The position numbers and the translations under genes are program-made. Below the pieces are notes generated by a model, which worked only from the letters and a program-made list of their open reading frames with translations, did not search any database and was not told the origin of the DNA. Shown one piece after another: positions 52,183 to 64,000 of a DNA stretch of 64,000 nt. The stretch is from assembly GCA_964016885.1 (NCBI GenBank), contig OZ024755.1, positions 434,001-498,000 of the forward strand, in the 5' to 3' direction. Each line of letters opens with the position of its first letter. The first letter of the stretch is position 1. Source of the stretch: Eledone cirrhosa (Eukaryota).

Positions 52183-53665
52183 ATGATATGAGGTTGATAT
52201 ATTTTATTTTACAGCAGAGTTTAGTGGATGAACCAAGGCCAGGAATTAAGATGTGTAGAATGTAGATTGGTAGAAATAACAATTTAGATGTGACATCTGT
52301 TGCAACAATATTTCCAAACACAGGAAAATTTGAAGGTTAAGTCTTCTTTCTAATGATAATTAGTGCAAATACAACAATATTAGAATCTTTAAGTCCAATA
52401 AAACCTTTAGGTGTAGAAAGACTCCAGCAATCAGGATTCTAACATTAAGACAATGCATTTATATCTTTAGCTGGTCAAGTAGAATGAGAGTTTGATTGAT
52501 GAAAAGCTGATTAGTTTAAAAGGGAGAGAAAGGTATAGACTAATTTCTTCCCCTACCAGTAAATCATCATCATCGTTTTTACATCCATTTTTCTACACTT
52601 GTATGGAATGGATGGGCTCTTTTCAGCACTCGTCATGTTCCTTCATGATCTCCATTGGGAGTTTCAGCGATTTGAGATCAGCTCTAATCACTTCTGCCCA
52701 GGTCTTCATCATCACTTTTACGTCCATTTTTCTCTGCTTGCATGGGTTGGACAGGTCCTTCTCAGCACAGCATTTATCCACTCACCGTTTTCCTTTATCA
52801 TCATATAAAATTTAAAAGTGCTTAACTTTTAAATGTCATCTGTAGCATATTAAACTGCATTAACAAGATTATCTTGAAAAACTTCAAAACAGTACCATGA
52901 CTGAATCACATCAAATATTGAAGTTTTTTTACTTCAGTTTACAGCAAATTTTTACAAGTCCGTCCACCAATGAAGATACTATAAACATTTGAATTAACAA
53001 ACTTGTTTTTAGATATTTTCTGCTCAATCATTACATGGTGTTAATAAAAGTTAACAATGTAACTTTAGGTCCTGTTGATCTTTTGCCATATTTTAAGAAT
53101 GAACTCTGCCAGTTTGGATCAAAATGGTTCTTGATTCTTGGCAATTCTTTCTAAATTTAGGGTGATGGTGGGGAAGCTCTTCTTCATCTCTTTCAATTGC
53201 ATATTATTATCATCATCACTATCATCACTATTATTATTATTATTACGGATTCAATTTGAATTTCAAAACATCAAATTCAGTGTCTTGTTCAAATGGATGT
53301 AATGAAGCAAAAACTGTTGAGTGTTGCCTTTATTAGGTTAGACCAATGAAATATGTTGGAGAGAGAGAGAGTCATTGACTTCATGACCATTCTTTTAGTA
53401 GAAACAACATTAGCAGTGTGATGAAGGAAGAGAGAGTAATAGGGAAGAGACAGGATAGTTGAAGGGATAGTACTGGAGGTGAGAAAGAGAGAGAGAGGTG
53501 CAATTTGGAGTTAGATGCAAGTCAGATACTTTTAAAAAATGTGTAACTTTTTCTGTAGGAATGCCACTTGTGGAGCAATGTTCATTCGAGTGATTTCTGG
53601 TAAGATGCTAGAAATCCTCTTGGCAAGAAATCACATGGTTCCGCAACATTTTGAAGAGAGGATGA

Positions 53666-53822
53666 ACCAACTACCACACCATATGTTACACTAAAACAAC
53701 TATTACACCATATGATACCTTAAAACAACTACTGTGACATGAGATATTAAGACAACCACCACATCATATGATACACTAAGGTATCTTAAGACAACCAATG
53801 TGACATGTGTTACCTTAAGACA
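53666..53822. repeat. Degenerate ~28-30-bp tandem repeat
   Basis: ACAACTACCACACCATATGTTACACTAAA-like units x5. Confidence 0.75.
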
Positions 53823-55425
53823 CACAGATAGGCCCCCAACTTGAGGATACCTTCTCCACACCCACTGGTTTCAAAGGACCCCAAAATAGGGCCATGAGAA
53901 TTACTTTCTTGACTAAACAATAAAATATAGGAGGAGTCGCTGACAACAAAAATACAAAAGATAGGAATAGCTCAATAAAAGGTGAACAGGAAATTAAACA
54001 ACTGCTAGTAAACTGGAGACAGGTTATAAAGGACCCAGAACTCCTAATAATACAAGATACCAGAGGGTAATACAGTTTACAGCAACAAAACAAGACCTCA
54101 GTATTATTGTCAAGTGTTCTGCTGTGTAGAACAGTGACTAAATATCTCAATAGGAGTGTAGAAAACAGCAGAAGACCACAGGAGTGCAACCATCCGTAAA
54201 TCACAATGAACGTTGCCTCAATCACTTAATGGGTTACACTGCATTTTTTTGTCAAAATAAAATTTTAAAGAAATAATTGTAATTATATGAAAAAGGATTG
54301 TTTTTTTTTGTTTTGTTTTTTCAAAGCCACTAGAAAAAATATTTAATCAATTTTATTGATTAATATTCTACTAATATTAATAATAATAATAATAAAAAAT
54401 GATAGAAAAAAATGTGAATCGTGCGATGCCATAAGGATTTCATTCTGAATCCAGAAGACAAAAAAGGAACAACATTACTGCTTTTGAAATAAGGGATTTC
54501 TGCTATAATATCGATATTGTTTTTCCCCTCTCATTCCTTTCCACACCATTATGAAGGCAGTTTCAATCTAAATATCACATTTTTATTCTGTGTTACACAA
54601 ATACCTTTACTATAATGCTATGGAAATCAAGTTCAAAGCATTCCAATTTCGTTTTGATCTTCAGATAATATCCTAAAAATACTGAGACAATTTTTTTGCA
54701 GCATCAGCCATTTTTGGTATTTTTAATAATCCCAGAGGACAGAACACTTCTGAAAGCTACATTTTGGTAAAAAAAAAAATTTGGATAGTTCCCTAGCTAA
54801 GCCCCAGCACATAAATTGTAAAGTCAATAGCACTCTTGAAGCTCTATTACCATAAAGAGAGCATTTTCATCTTCCATTTTCTAAATCTTATCAGATAAAA
54901 TACATTAATGGAAGATAACATTTCTATTATCTCTTCAAGCATATCAGAATATAAAATTAGGAGGAATTATTATCATCTTGACATTTTCCTGTTTAAGTAC
55001 TACAAAAAAAACAACAATAACAACAACAAAAATACACACAAAACAAAACAATATCTTTATCTAATAACACAATTACTCCTGATAATCCAGATTCTATATT
55101 TTTAGTAGTGATTCGGTCAATAAGGAAACAAGAGTTGAAAGACTTTACATGCTCTTCAAGGAAATCTGTACTCTATACAAAACTGAATTATATTTAAAAC
55201 TAAGGTAAATTATAGATTTAGCTAAGACCATCAATTTGTTGAAAAGCATGTACATATAATATTACTGAACAGGCACCAGAACAATGAACTTATATTCTGA
55301 CTTCTTTATACATAAGAAAAGCAATTTGAAGCAATGTTTACTTTGTCTACTAAAATAGACACAATGTTCAACTTGGAAGCAAAAGGGCCACTTGTAAGAT
55401 TTTTCCAAAATAGCCTTATTATATA

Positions 55426-55600
55426 GGGCAGTATCGGTAGAGGGTCGGATGTCATGCTTTCCAGCATAGTTATGTCCCTTTACGATCTGAGTTCAAATCC
55501 AGCCGAGGTTGACTTTGCCTTTCATCCTACGGGGTCGATAAAATAAAGTACCAGTAATGCACTGGGTAATTGCTGGCCTTGTGCCTAAAGTAGAAACAAT
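55426..55600 (+). mobile_element. SINE copy
   Basis: Same family as 2245. Confidence 0.9.
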
Positions 55601-55627
55601 TATATAGACACAACATTAACAGCAGTT

Positions 55628-55750
55628 TTTACAGGTGACAGTGATGGAATAACTCTGATTTTACAGGTGAAAGTCATAGAGTATCTCTGATTATACAGGT
55701 GTCAGTGATAGAATATCTGTAGCTTTACAGGTGACAGTCATGGAATATCT
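55628..55750. repeat. 32-bp tandem repeat, 4 copies
   Basis: TTACAGGTGACAGTGATGGAATAACTCTGATT-like units. Confidence 0.85.
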
Positions 55751-55759
55751 TCGATGGGG

Positions 55760-56345
55760 ATTTCTGATTCAGCCATAATTTGATATTCATCTGTAGACTA
55801 TGAAAAAGATGATTACTTCAGCAACTTTATACTCTCCACCAAATTCTTCTTCATATCCTAAATCCTATTTTATGCTTCAACAGATTATTCTGCATGGTCA
55901 TTAAACACAACAACAAATGCAACAAACATCAGATACTCAGTACCATTGTAGAAGCTGGAATATTCCTTGCTGGCAAATTGAAATCCATAGTGTGACATTA
56001 TGATATCTGGCAATCCTTACATTTCAAAGATGATCTTCAGAGTATTAAATATCCATTATATTGTTGGTGGTTTTTACAGTCATCCTTGCAATAAATGAGT
56101 GGATCAACTACGATGATATTCACATCCATATCCTTGAAATGATCCAATAAAATATAAGAGGGGGGGGGGGGGGGGGCTTTTTTTGTTTTGTTTTTCTGCC
56201 AACTGATGTATATGGTCATTGATTTCTTCGATTTTCTGTTTGATTTCAATGCAGAAAATTGAACAGTTTGGATTTATAATAATGGCTTTGGAAGGAAACT
56301 TCTGTGAAAGCTTACATAGCTCAGCATTAATGCACTCTTCCATAA
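55760..56345 (-). mobile_element. Ty3/Gypsy integrase remnant
   Basis: Minus strand: FIGSFQG / IIVVD / LKIIFEM*GLPDIIMSHYGFQFASKEYSSFYNG / NDHAE, matching the rve core DFAGP..LIVVD...FGLP..IVSDNG.QF.S.EF...NG.AER. Confidence 0.75.
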
Positions 56346-58340
56346 CACCGATTCTTCCGACATACCTTTAGATCCTGTTGATCCAGTGCCATGTTTTAGG
56401 GCTATTGATTAAGAATGAACTCTGCCAGCTTGGATCCAAATGGTTCTTAGGAAGACATCTTGGCAATTCCTTCTAAATTTATGGAAGGAGGGAATTCTTC
56501 TTGATCTATCAATTACATATTATCATTCCTGATTCAATTTGATTTCAAAGAGACATCAAATTAAGTCAGAGTCTTTTGCAAATGAATGTAATGATGGGAA
56601 GACTATCATGTGTGGTACCCTTATTAGATTCGGCTGATCAAAGATGGTTCTATGCTAGATAGGTGTGTGCACATGTCAGTGAGGCAGAAGAAATCAAAAA
56701 AGGCAAATTTCAAGAGATGGAGAATGTGTGTGGTGTTGAGGTGTATGAAGTATATGTGAGTAGTCTGGAGCTAGAAGTAAAACAGACATCAAAAGTATGT
56801 AGCTTTATATGCAGGAATTCTACCAATGGAGTTCTTTGATCAAGATGGTTTCTGCTAATTTGGCAGAAATATTCTTTTAAGGAGTCAAAGGACCCAGAGG
56901 CAAATTGAGAGAATTAATGATAGGTTCCAGGTCATGAAAGAGTTAACCCTTTTCTTCCATAATTCCTGAGTGAGTCATAGGTGTGCCATATTGACATACA
57001 ACATTTCTTGGGGTATTTTAAAACCTGACTAAACCCATCTCCTCTCCAGGTCTGAATACAGCAGATTTCTTCCAGAGAAGAATAGAGAGTGAGAGAATGG
57101 AAGTGAGAAAGAGATACAGAGGACCCCAGTACTAGACTGGTTCTTTTATTATTGACCTTGGATGGATGAAAGGCAAAGTTGACCTCAACAAGATTTGAAC
57201 TGAGAGAGTAGAGAAAGAGAAGGAACACTGCAAAGCACTTTATCCAATGTACTCAAGATTGCCAATTCGCCATCTTGTTACTAAGTACAAATGATTCTAG
57301 ATATACTCATTCAGATCACCAGCATAACTAGAAGTGATCGATTTGGTTCCTTGATAATTTAGCCCAGGATAGCAGCCCTGATCCAGTAGAACTATGCTCA
57401 CAGGCATTCCAGCCATAACCTTCCTGTTGTTATTTCAGACAGCAGCAGTGGATTGATGGAGTCAGTAGAGTGTGGCATAGAGTTATATCCCTTTACATTC
57501 GGAGTTCAAATCCCTTTCAACTTTATGGGGGTTGATAAAATAAAGCACCAGTAATGTACTGGAGTCAATTTAATTAACTTTCTCTCTCCCTCAAAAATAT
57601 TGACTTTGTGCCTAAATCAGAAACGAGTATATCTGGGACTACATTATCAAATGTCTCCTTTGATTTATTTTTTTTAAAAGATATTACAATGTGATTTGAA
57701 TTGGATTTAGCTGCTGTTTCTATTAAATTAAGCAACCACATATACGTTCTTTCACTGGTTTAGATCAAATACTTTATGTTTTTGGCAGAGGTTTAAACAC
57801 AAGAGTGACTATATTTCCTGTTCAATGTGTTTGGGAGCTCAGCATTGTTAAGACAACATTAACACCTTTCAATAAACGTGCTTACACAATTGATTAAATT
57901 GAAATGAGGTTTTCATAGGAAATATAACCTGTATATCATAACCAAACAATTGGAGTCAGTAAGCATTGGTTGGGCAGCAATTCTATACTTTCATCCATCT
58001 CCCTATTCATTGTCAAATTCTGACAGGTATTTTTGTGTTTGTTGTTGTTGTAGTTGTTGCTGTTCAGAGTTCAATTATCTGTGATTTTCAATTAAGTTTG
58101 ACCTTCAATAATAATTTCAAGTAAATCGTATGACCTAACTTGATATTAAATAACTGTTAATATTAGTTGTGGTATTTTTTTACACCTATTATGACTATAT
58201 ATATATATACACACACACATATACATATATATAGATATAGATATATACACACATATATGGAAATATAAATGCATACATAGATATATATATATGCTTACAT
58301 ATAAAGATACACATTCACATATATACACACGCATATATAT

Positions 58341-58406
<66 letters not shown>

Positions 58407-60607
58407 CTTTGATAACTATATATTTACATACACACAACACAATAGGAAATCATTGCTTTCATCTCCTGCTTTAACAAAGAAATTTATATCCAATAAAATT
58501 TATAAAATTTATAGATTTTTGATTCTATCCTAATTGTCATGTATAAACATTACATTCTGAAGATTATCTGAAAGTAAATAGATAAAGCAGCTTATTTCTT
58601 GAAGTAAAGGAATGGTCTTCTGCCACACAACATGAACAGTTATCAGAGGAAAGTTTCTGGAAAATACCCAGGTTTATAATACCCAGAGAAATAACCAGGT
58701 TTTTAGAACACCGGCTACCTAAAAGTCTGTCTGTATATTACAACAACACTCCTATAATTCCACCAAGAGTTGAGGGCTCAATGAAGGAAAGGTTATGAAG
58801 GTTGGGGCAAAATATAATCTAATTCCAAGAGTTATAAATTGGTTAAACATACCGAAAAAAATTGGAAAGGACTATAAATGCCATAAATGAGAGGAAAAGG
58901 AAGGAAAGAGCAAGGGCTATTAGACAAAAGAAGGAAAGGATGATAGGCTCTACACCTAGGTCAGAGCAGTGTTTCAGCTGTGCACTGTGGGCAGAATGGC
59001 CAGTGACAGCCACCCAACCTTGAAAGGATTTCAGTAAATTCCTCAAAAATTAATTCATTAACTGAAATACAGTGTATTTCATTAGAAATATGGTAATGAA
59101 AAGGATAAGCTTAATATTTTGAACTTTGAATACACTTTCCATGAGAAAATCCCAATTTCTGAAATAGTATTGAGAAAGGTGATGCAGGCAGTTATGTGAT
59201 GTTTTGTCAGGGAAGTATTTACAGAGAAGTTGTCGCAATGCATATCCTGCCTATTTACAATATCTGATTAAAGTGAAAAGCTTCGATCAGGTGTTTATTA
59301 TAGGATACAGTCATCTTTCATCATCCATTTCAAAAGACTTCAGAACAGAGTGGATAAATCAATAAGAAGTTTGATAAGAAGAAGAAAAGAGGCTTCTAAA
59401 GGAAAACTATTTGAAGAAATGTAGCCAAAATGATGAAGTCTTTTCAGTAGACTTTATGGTAAACTTAATGCATGATACTTACAGCTATATTTGCATAACA
59501 AGAGCCTATTCAAAGTAAGAAGCTAGAGAAATAATAGTACAAAAAAATTGAATTCATAAAAATACTTTTGTAATCTTTCCAATCATCATATATTTTCAAC
59601 AATCTTATTCAACTGCCCACAAGAGGTTGTCTAGTATTTATTCTCAGATTCTGCTCTCTAAAGCAAATCAGCTTCCTTTTATTTGAAACACAAACAAAAT
59701 CACTAACAAAGAAGCCAGATATTAGCCAACGACAAACTGCTTCCATCGTGTTCTATACAGAATTCATGTTGAAAATATAAAAAAGTAATTACATTTCCTA
59801 GCTGATATTGCTGAATCTGCCAAATACTAGTCATTACAAAAATAGTTTTATTACACAAGTAACAAGGAAATAATACAGCTTCATTTAGCCTAATTCAACC
59901 CTTTCATTAACAGATTTCTAATGAAAGACACTGCTTATAATTTTCAAACTAAATTGAAAATAATCAAGAATTTAGAGAGATGCAGTTATATAATTTTCTC
60001 AATAATAAGCTGGTATTTGGAACAAAGATTCTTATATAGAACTATGATGGAAGGATTTTTGTGTTAAATACAAACACTTTCAAACAAAGTTTTGTAGGGG
60101 CAGTCTCAATTAATTTTGTACCAAAAGGGTTAGAGATGGGCTCTGCCAGGTTTAAAAATGCTATGTCAGTGTGGCACCCCTGCAACTCCCTCAGGAGTTG
60201 GGGGTACCATACCATACCATATTTAACTTAAACTTTCCATCATAATTTTATTTAAGAACCAAATCCCTTCAAATTCTTGATTTTTTTTAACATGACTTGA
60301 AAATTATAGGCAGTGTCTTTCATTAGAAATCTGGTAGTGAAAGGGTCAAGTAGTAATGTAATGAAAGCTGTACTATCAACTGATCAAACAGGTTTAAGTT
60401 TACTATACTATGCTAATAAGGCCTAATAGCCTGGAACACGTCCTTAATTTTTCCTTGCCTGCAAATATATACACTACCCTTGATGCTCATACATTTTTGT
60501 ACCATGACTCACATTTATCTGTCAAAGCTCTGGACTAAATTTCCACCTGCAAAGAGCTTAACAAGATAGCAGTAATTTTATGACAATAACGATGAGAATT
60601 TAAATCA

Positions 60608-60790
60608 AATTTTAACAACAAAATTTAATTATTAAAACAAAATATATATTATAATTGGCAATTTAACAAATGTGTCCACTATGTGTGAACTAATGTGTTA
60701 AATTGTCATATTTGTTCACATTTTGCTAATTTGCTAAATTACCAATTGTAATATATATTTTGCGATAATCACTTTCGTTGTTAAAATTTA
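60608..60790. mobile_element. Palindromic AT-rich MITE-like element
   Basis: AAATTTTAACAAC...AAAATATATAT..AATTGG.AATTTA.CAAAT is mirrored by ATTTGCTAAATTACCAATTG...ATATATATTTTG...GTTGTTAAAATTT. Confidence 0.7.
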
Positions 60791-60962
60791 ATTGCATAAA
60801 AGTTTTCCTCACTACAGCCAAGCACCATCACCATCATCATCATCATCGTTTATATATACATATATTCTCCTCACTACAGCCAGACACTACCACCACCATC
60901 ACCGTTTATATACAGTTTTCTTTTTTAAAGGTAATATTCTATAGTCAATGCTATTCCCTTAC

Positions 60963-61190
60963 TTAACCCTTTAATGTTCAAACCGGCGAAAGCTGGCCAG
61001 AATTCTCTACCTCTTTCTGTTGAAACTGGCTGTAACTGGTCGTTCAAACTGATGTTAAGGTATTGTTCTCAAAATAAATACTTTCAAAATCTCATAGATT
61101 CGATATTATGAGAGATAATTATGTGAGATAAAGCCTTTACCATGAAAATATAATAGTATATATAGAGTAATGTGAATGCTAAAGGGTTAA
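60963..61190. mobile_element. piggyBac-like MITE
   Basis: TTAA-CCCTTTAATGTTCA ... TGAATGCTAAAGGG-TTAA. Confidence 0.8.
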
Positions 61191-62884
61191 GTAGAATATT
61201 GATTTCGAAACATCAGATCATTGAACCATGGGGAGTTTGTTTATGAGGGACATTAACAAATATTGCCATTATTAGTGTTAGATGCAAAGCAGAGACACAG
61301 AAGAGCCCCACAGGGCTTCTTACAGATTCTAAACAACTGAGGCTAAAGTAGAAAACCCTCAAGATACTAAGCTGTGTGATAGAACTTAAAATAACATGAT
61401 TGGGGATTGAACTCCTTGACCACACAGCCATGCCTGTGCCTCGTCTCATCATTTAATGTCCATTTTTCCATACTAGCATGGGTTAGACAAGTCAGATTAG
61501 GTGACCATGTCTTGCTCATACAGCTTCATGATGCTTTAAAAAACTTGACAGTACAAGGTCATCCCCTGGATGGTATGCTAGGCCAGCATAAAGCCAACTC
61601 TCAGCTGTCAATGGTACTCATGTTCAGCTGAGTGAATTGAATAACATTAAATGAAATGGGTTTTCTTTAAAGACAAGGTTTTGGCAGAGAATTCGCCACC
61701 TTGTTATCTTGAGCCCAATGTCTTAACCACTAAGCCATATGCCTTCACTGATAAACTAGATTTAGTGTACAAAAACTGATTGTTCTTAGCAGTTATCATA
61801 GAATAGCCACAAATAATAAATAGCACTATTCACTCCAAGATTACCTAAAATACAATAATTACAAGTGAAACATAAACAGCTGTAGTTTCCTGATAAGGAT
61901 CTTTCTGGAAGGAATTTCATTTGTAGCTGCTTTGTTCTGTAGGCAAAGCTAATCAGGATTTAACCCTTTCATTACTATATTTCTAATTAAAAAATAGTCT
62001 ACGATTTCCAAATAAGCTTGAAAATAATCAAGTATTTGGAGGAGTGAGTAATATATCAAACTTTCTCATTACTTAGCTGGTGTTTGGAGCATAACTTAAC
62101 CAAGGTTCTTACATAAAGTTATGATGGAAGATCTTTATATAAATATAAACATTTTAGAGTATACAGCTTAGTATTATAGAACCAATAGGTTAAATTAAAA
62201 ACAGGATTTAAAAATATATAAACCTATACAATGAAAATTATAAGTATCAAAATATATGTTAATATTGTTTAAATCAAATTTTATGATTCTAAATATATGT
62301 CTAGAAAAATAATAAATGTTTTCCATATAAGAATCTACAGTTTTACAAACAGTAATTTATTTCAGTGTAATATTGATTAAATTATTTTAAAGCAGTTATT
62401 GCTGTAACTTTTTAATCATAGAGAATGTATCTAAATCAACATAATAGTGGAGCGCATGTATATGTGATATGCACATGTATGTATGTAAATATATATGCAC
62501 ATGCATATATGTTCATATATACACACACATGCAAGTTATAACCATATCTCTTAGTAAAATATTTTAAATATAATAGTCAGAGAAAACAAATAACATAGGT
62601 ACAAACATTGCTGTGTGGTTGGTTAGGGAGGTCCAGTGGTTCCTGGTATAGCTGAGGGGTCAACAATGTCTTATGAGTGGTATTTGATAGATGGAAGTTG
62701 TCCATAAGCTCCTCGTATATGTGTGTTTACACAGGTGTAAAATTAGTGTTGTTTATATTGTGCCCCAATAGCCTAACCAATGCTTTCAGTAAAGCCGAGA
62801 CAGTAAGAGTAAAAAATTAAGATAAACTAACAGAGAATATTATAGACAGACTAAGGTAGTGAAAGATATACTAACATAGTATTG

Positions 62885-63320
62885 TAGATAGAATTAGACT
62901 AAGGAACTGATAGGCATACTAGAGTATCACAGACTAGAGAGTTAGACTAAGGAAGTAAAAGACAGTATCATAGACTAGAGAGTTAGACTAAGAAGCTAAA
63001 AGACAGTATCACAGACTAGAGAGTTAGACTAAGGAGGTATAAGACAGTATCACAGACGAGAGAGTTAGACTAAGGAGGTAAAAGACAGTATCACAGACGA
63101 GAGAGTTAGACTAAGGAGGTAAAAGACAGTATCATAGACTAGAGAGTTAGACTAAGAAGCTAAAAGACAGTATCACAGACTAGAGAGTTAGAGTAAGGAG
63201 TTATAAGACAGTATCATAGACTAGAGAGTTAGACTAAGAAGCTAAAAGACAGTATCATAGACTAGAGAGTTAGACTAAGGAGCTAAAAGACAGTATCACA
63301 GACTAGAGAGTTAGACAAAG
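62885..63320. repeat. 41-bp tandem repeat, ~10 copies
   Basis: AGACAGTATCACAGACTAGAGAGTTAGACTAAGGAGGTAAA units. Confidence 0.97.
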
Positions 63321-64000
63321 GTACAACAACAGCTACATGAGTAACATATCTCTAACATACAAAACATTTTATAAATATAAATTATCAATAAGAATGTAAC
63401 AAAAAAATTCCTTTCACAAGATATCTTAAAAGGTTAAAATATAATTTTCTTCTCAAGATCAATATGAACAGTACAAACTGTTTTCTCTGCTGAGTCATTC
63501 TTCCAAGTGTAATTATATATTAATTTTTTGTTTTTTATTTTATTTCATCTTGCTTTTGTTTGTTTTATCTCTTTTAGCATGACGCCATTCAATAGAGAGT
63601 TTTTCTCTACTTTTTCTTTGATTAATCTTTCACAGTGGTCAATATTGTTTTCATCTTATCTTCAAATTCCCAATTCCCTTTAATCTTTTTACACAGAAAA
63701 GTGCATTGTGTTATGTATATGTGAGAAAGTTGATGATGTACAGTAGTGAAAGTTCAATAGTATCGAGGTAACAGGCCGCTAGAAAATACATTGGAATATG
63801 AATCCTCTGTTGAATGCTTAATGTGAATCTGCAAGATGTCAGAACTGAGAAAAGGCGGAGTTTATTAGTTTACTCAAGGGAGTTTCTACATGTTCAATAC
63901 ACACACACATGTAGCACTGTTAATATAGTAATACATTGACTTCAACTTTTTCTGACTTTCTGAGTCACTGCATTTTAATCTTTATGTTCTCAAATTTAAA

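Larger units (their letters stand above)
54500..61400 (+). pseudogene. Fossil Mononegavirales-like L gene, unit 3 (probably continuing to the window end)
   Basis: IDIVFPLSFLSTPL (ILYPE.HL.SP-like, 54510); YLKV/DKAAYF/VKEW (L.DKA..W, 58581); VFTEKL/VAMHILPIY (premotif A, 59215); FSVDF..N (motif A, 59441); QGNNT (motif C QGDNQ-like, 59863-59877); KELNKIA/FYDNND (~60550); ISVRCKAE (~61270). Confidence 0.65.

Noticed and set aside
59130-59300. RTE reverse transcriptase remnant (LIKVKSFDQV resembling DLEKAFDRV)
   Set aside because: Other frames give a better, collinear fit to mononegaviral premotif A followed by motifs A and C. The RT-like match is isolated.

Overview
AT-rich, microsatellite- and repeat-dense animal genomic DNA. 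The SINE/RTE-tail repeat families look like those of octopus (coleoid cephalopod) genomes; this is recognised by eye and not verified. I found no supportable host gene. The only near-intact coding element is a 5'-truncated CR1-type LINE (48935-52182, minus strand; APE endonuclease + RT split by one frameshift). The main observation is that the 'unique' DNA between the repeats appears to be heavily decayed coding sequence. Hand translation of the + strand gives degenerate Mononegavirales-type L-polymerase motifs in the correct collinear order three times (about 2.6-19.0 kb, 25.0-41.8 kb and 54.5->61.4 kb). Each is preceded by rhabdovirus-like glycoprotein fragments, and the third also by a nucleoprotein-like fragment. 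This suggests a head-to-tail, same-strand array of fossil negative-strand RNA virus genomes, inflated by SINE, MITE, Helitron, LINE and satellite insertions. Two younger, stop-free, antisense L-like fragments (83% identical, sharing one breakpoint) sit nested in the methyltransferase region of units 1 and 2. Other structures are a 23-bp array with an internal inversion, a 54-bp hairpin satellite, a 250-bp palindrome with hammerhead-like relics and a Gypsy integrase remnant. All viral assignments rest on by-eye matches to motifs recalled from memory and need HMM confirmation.
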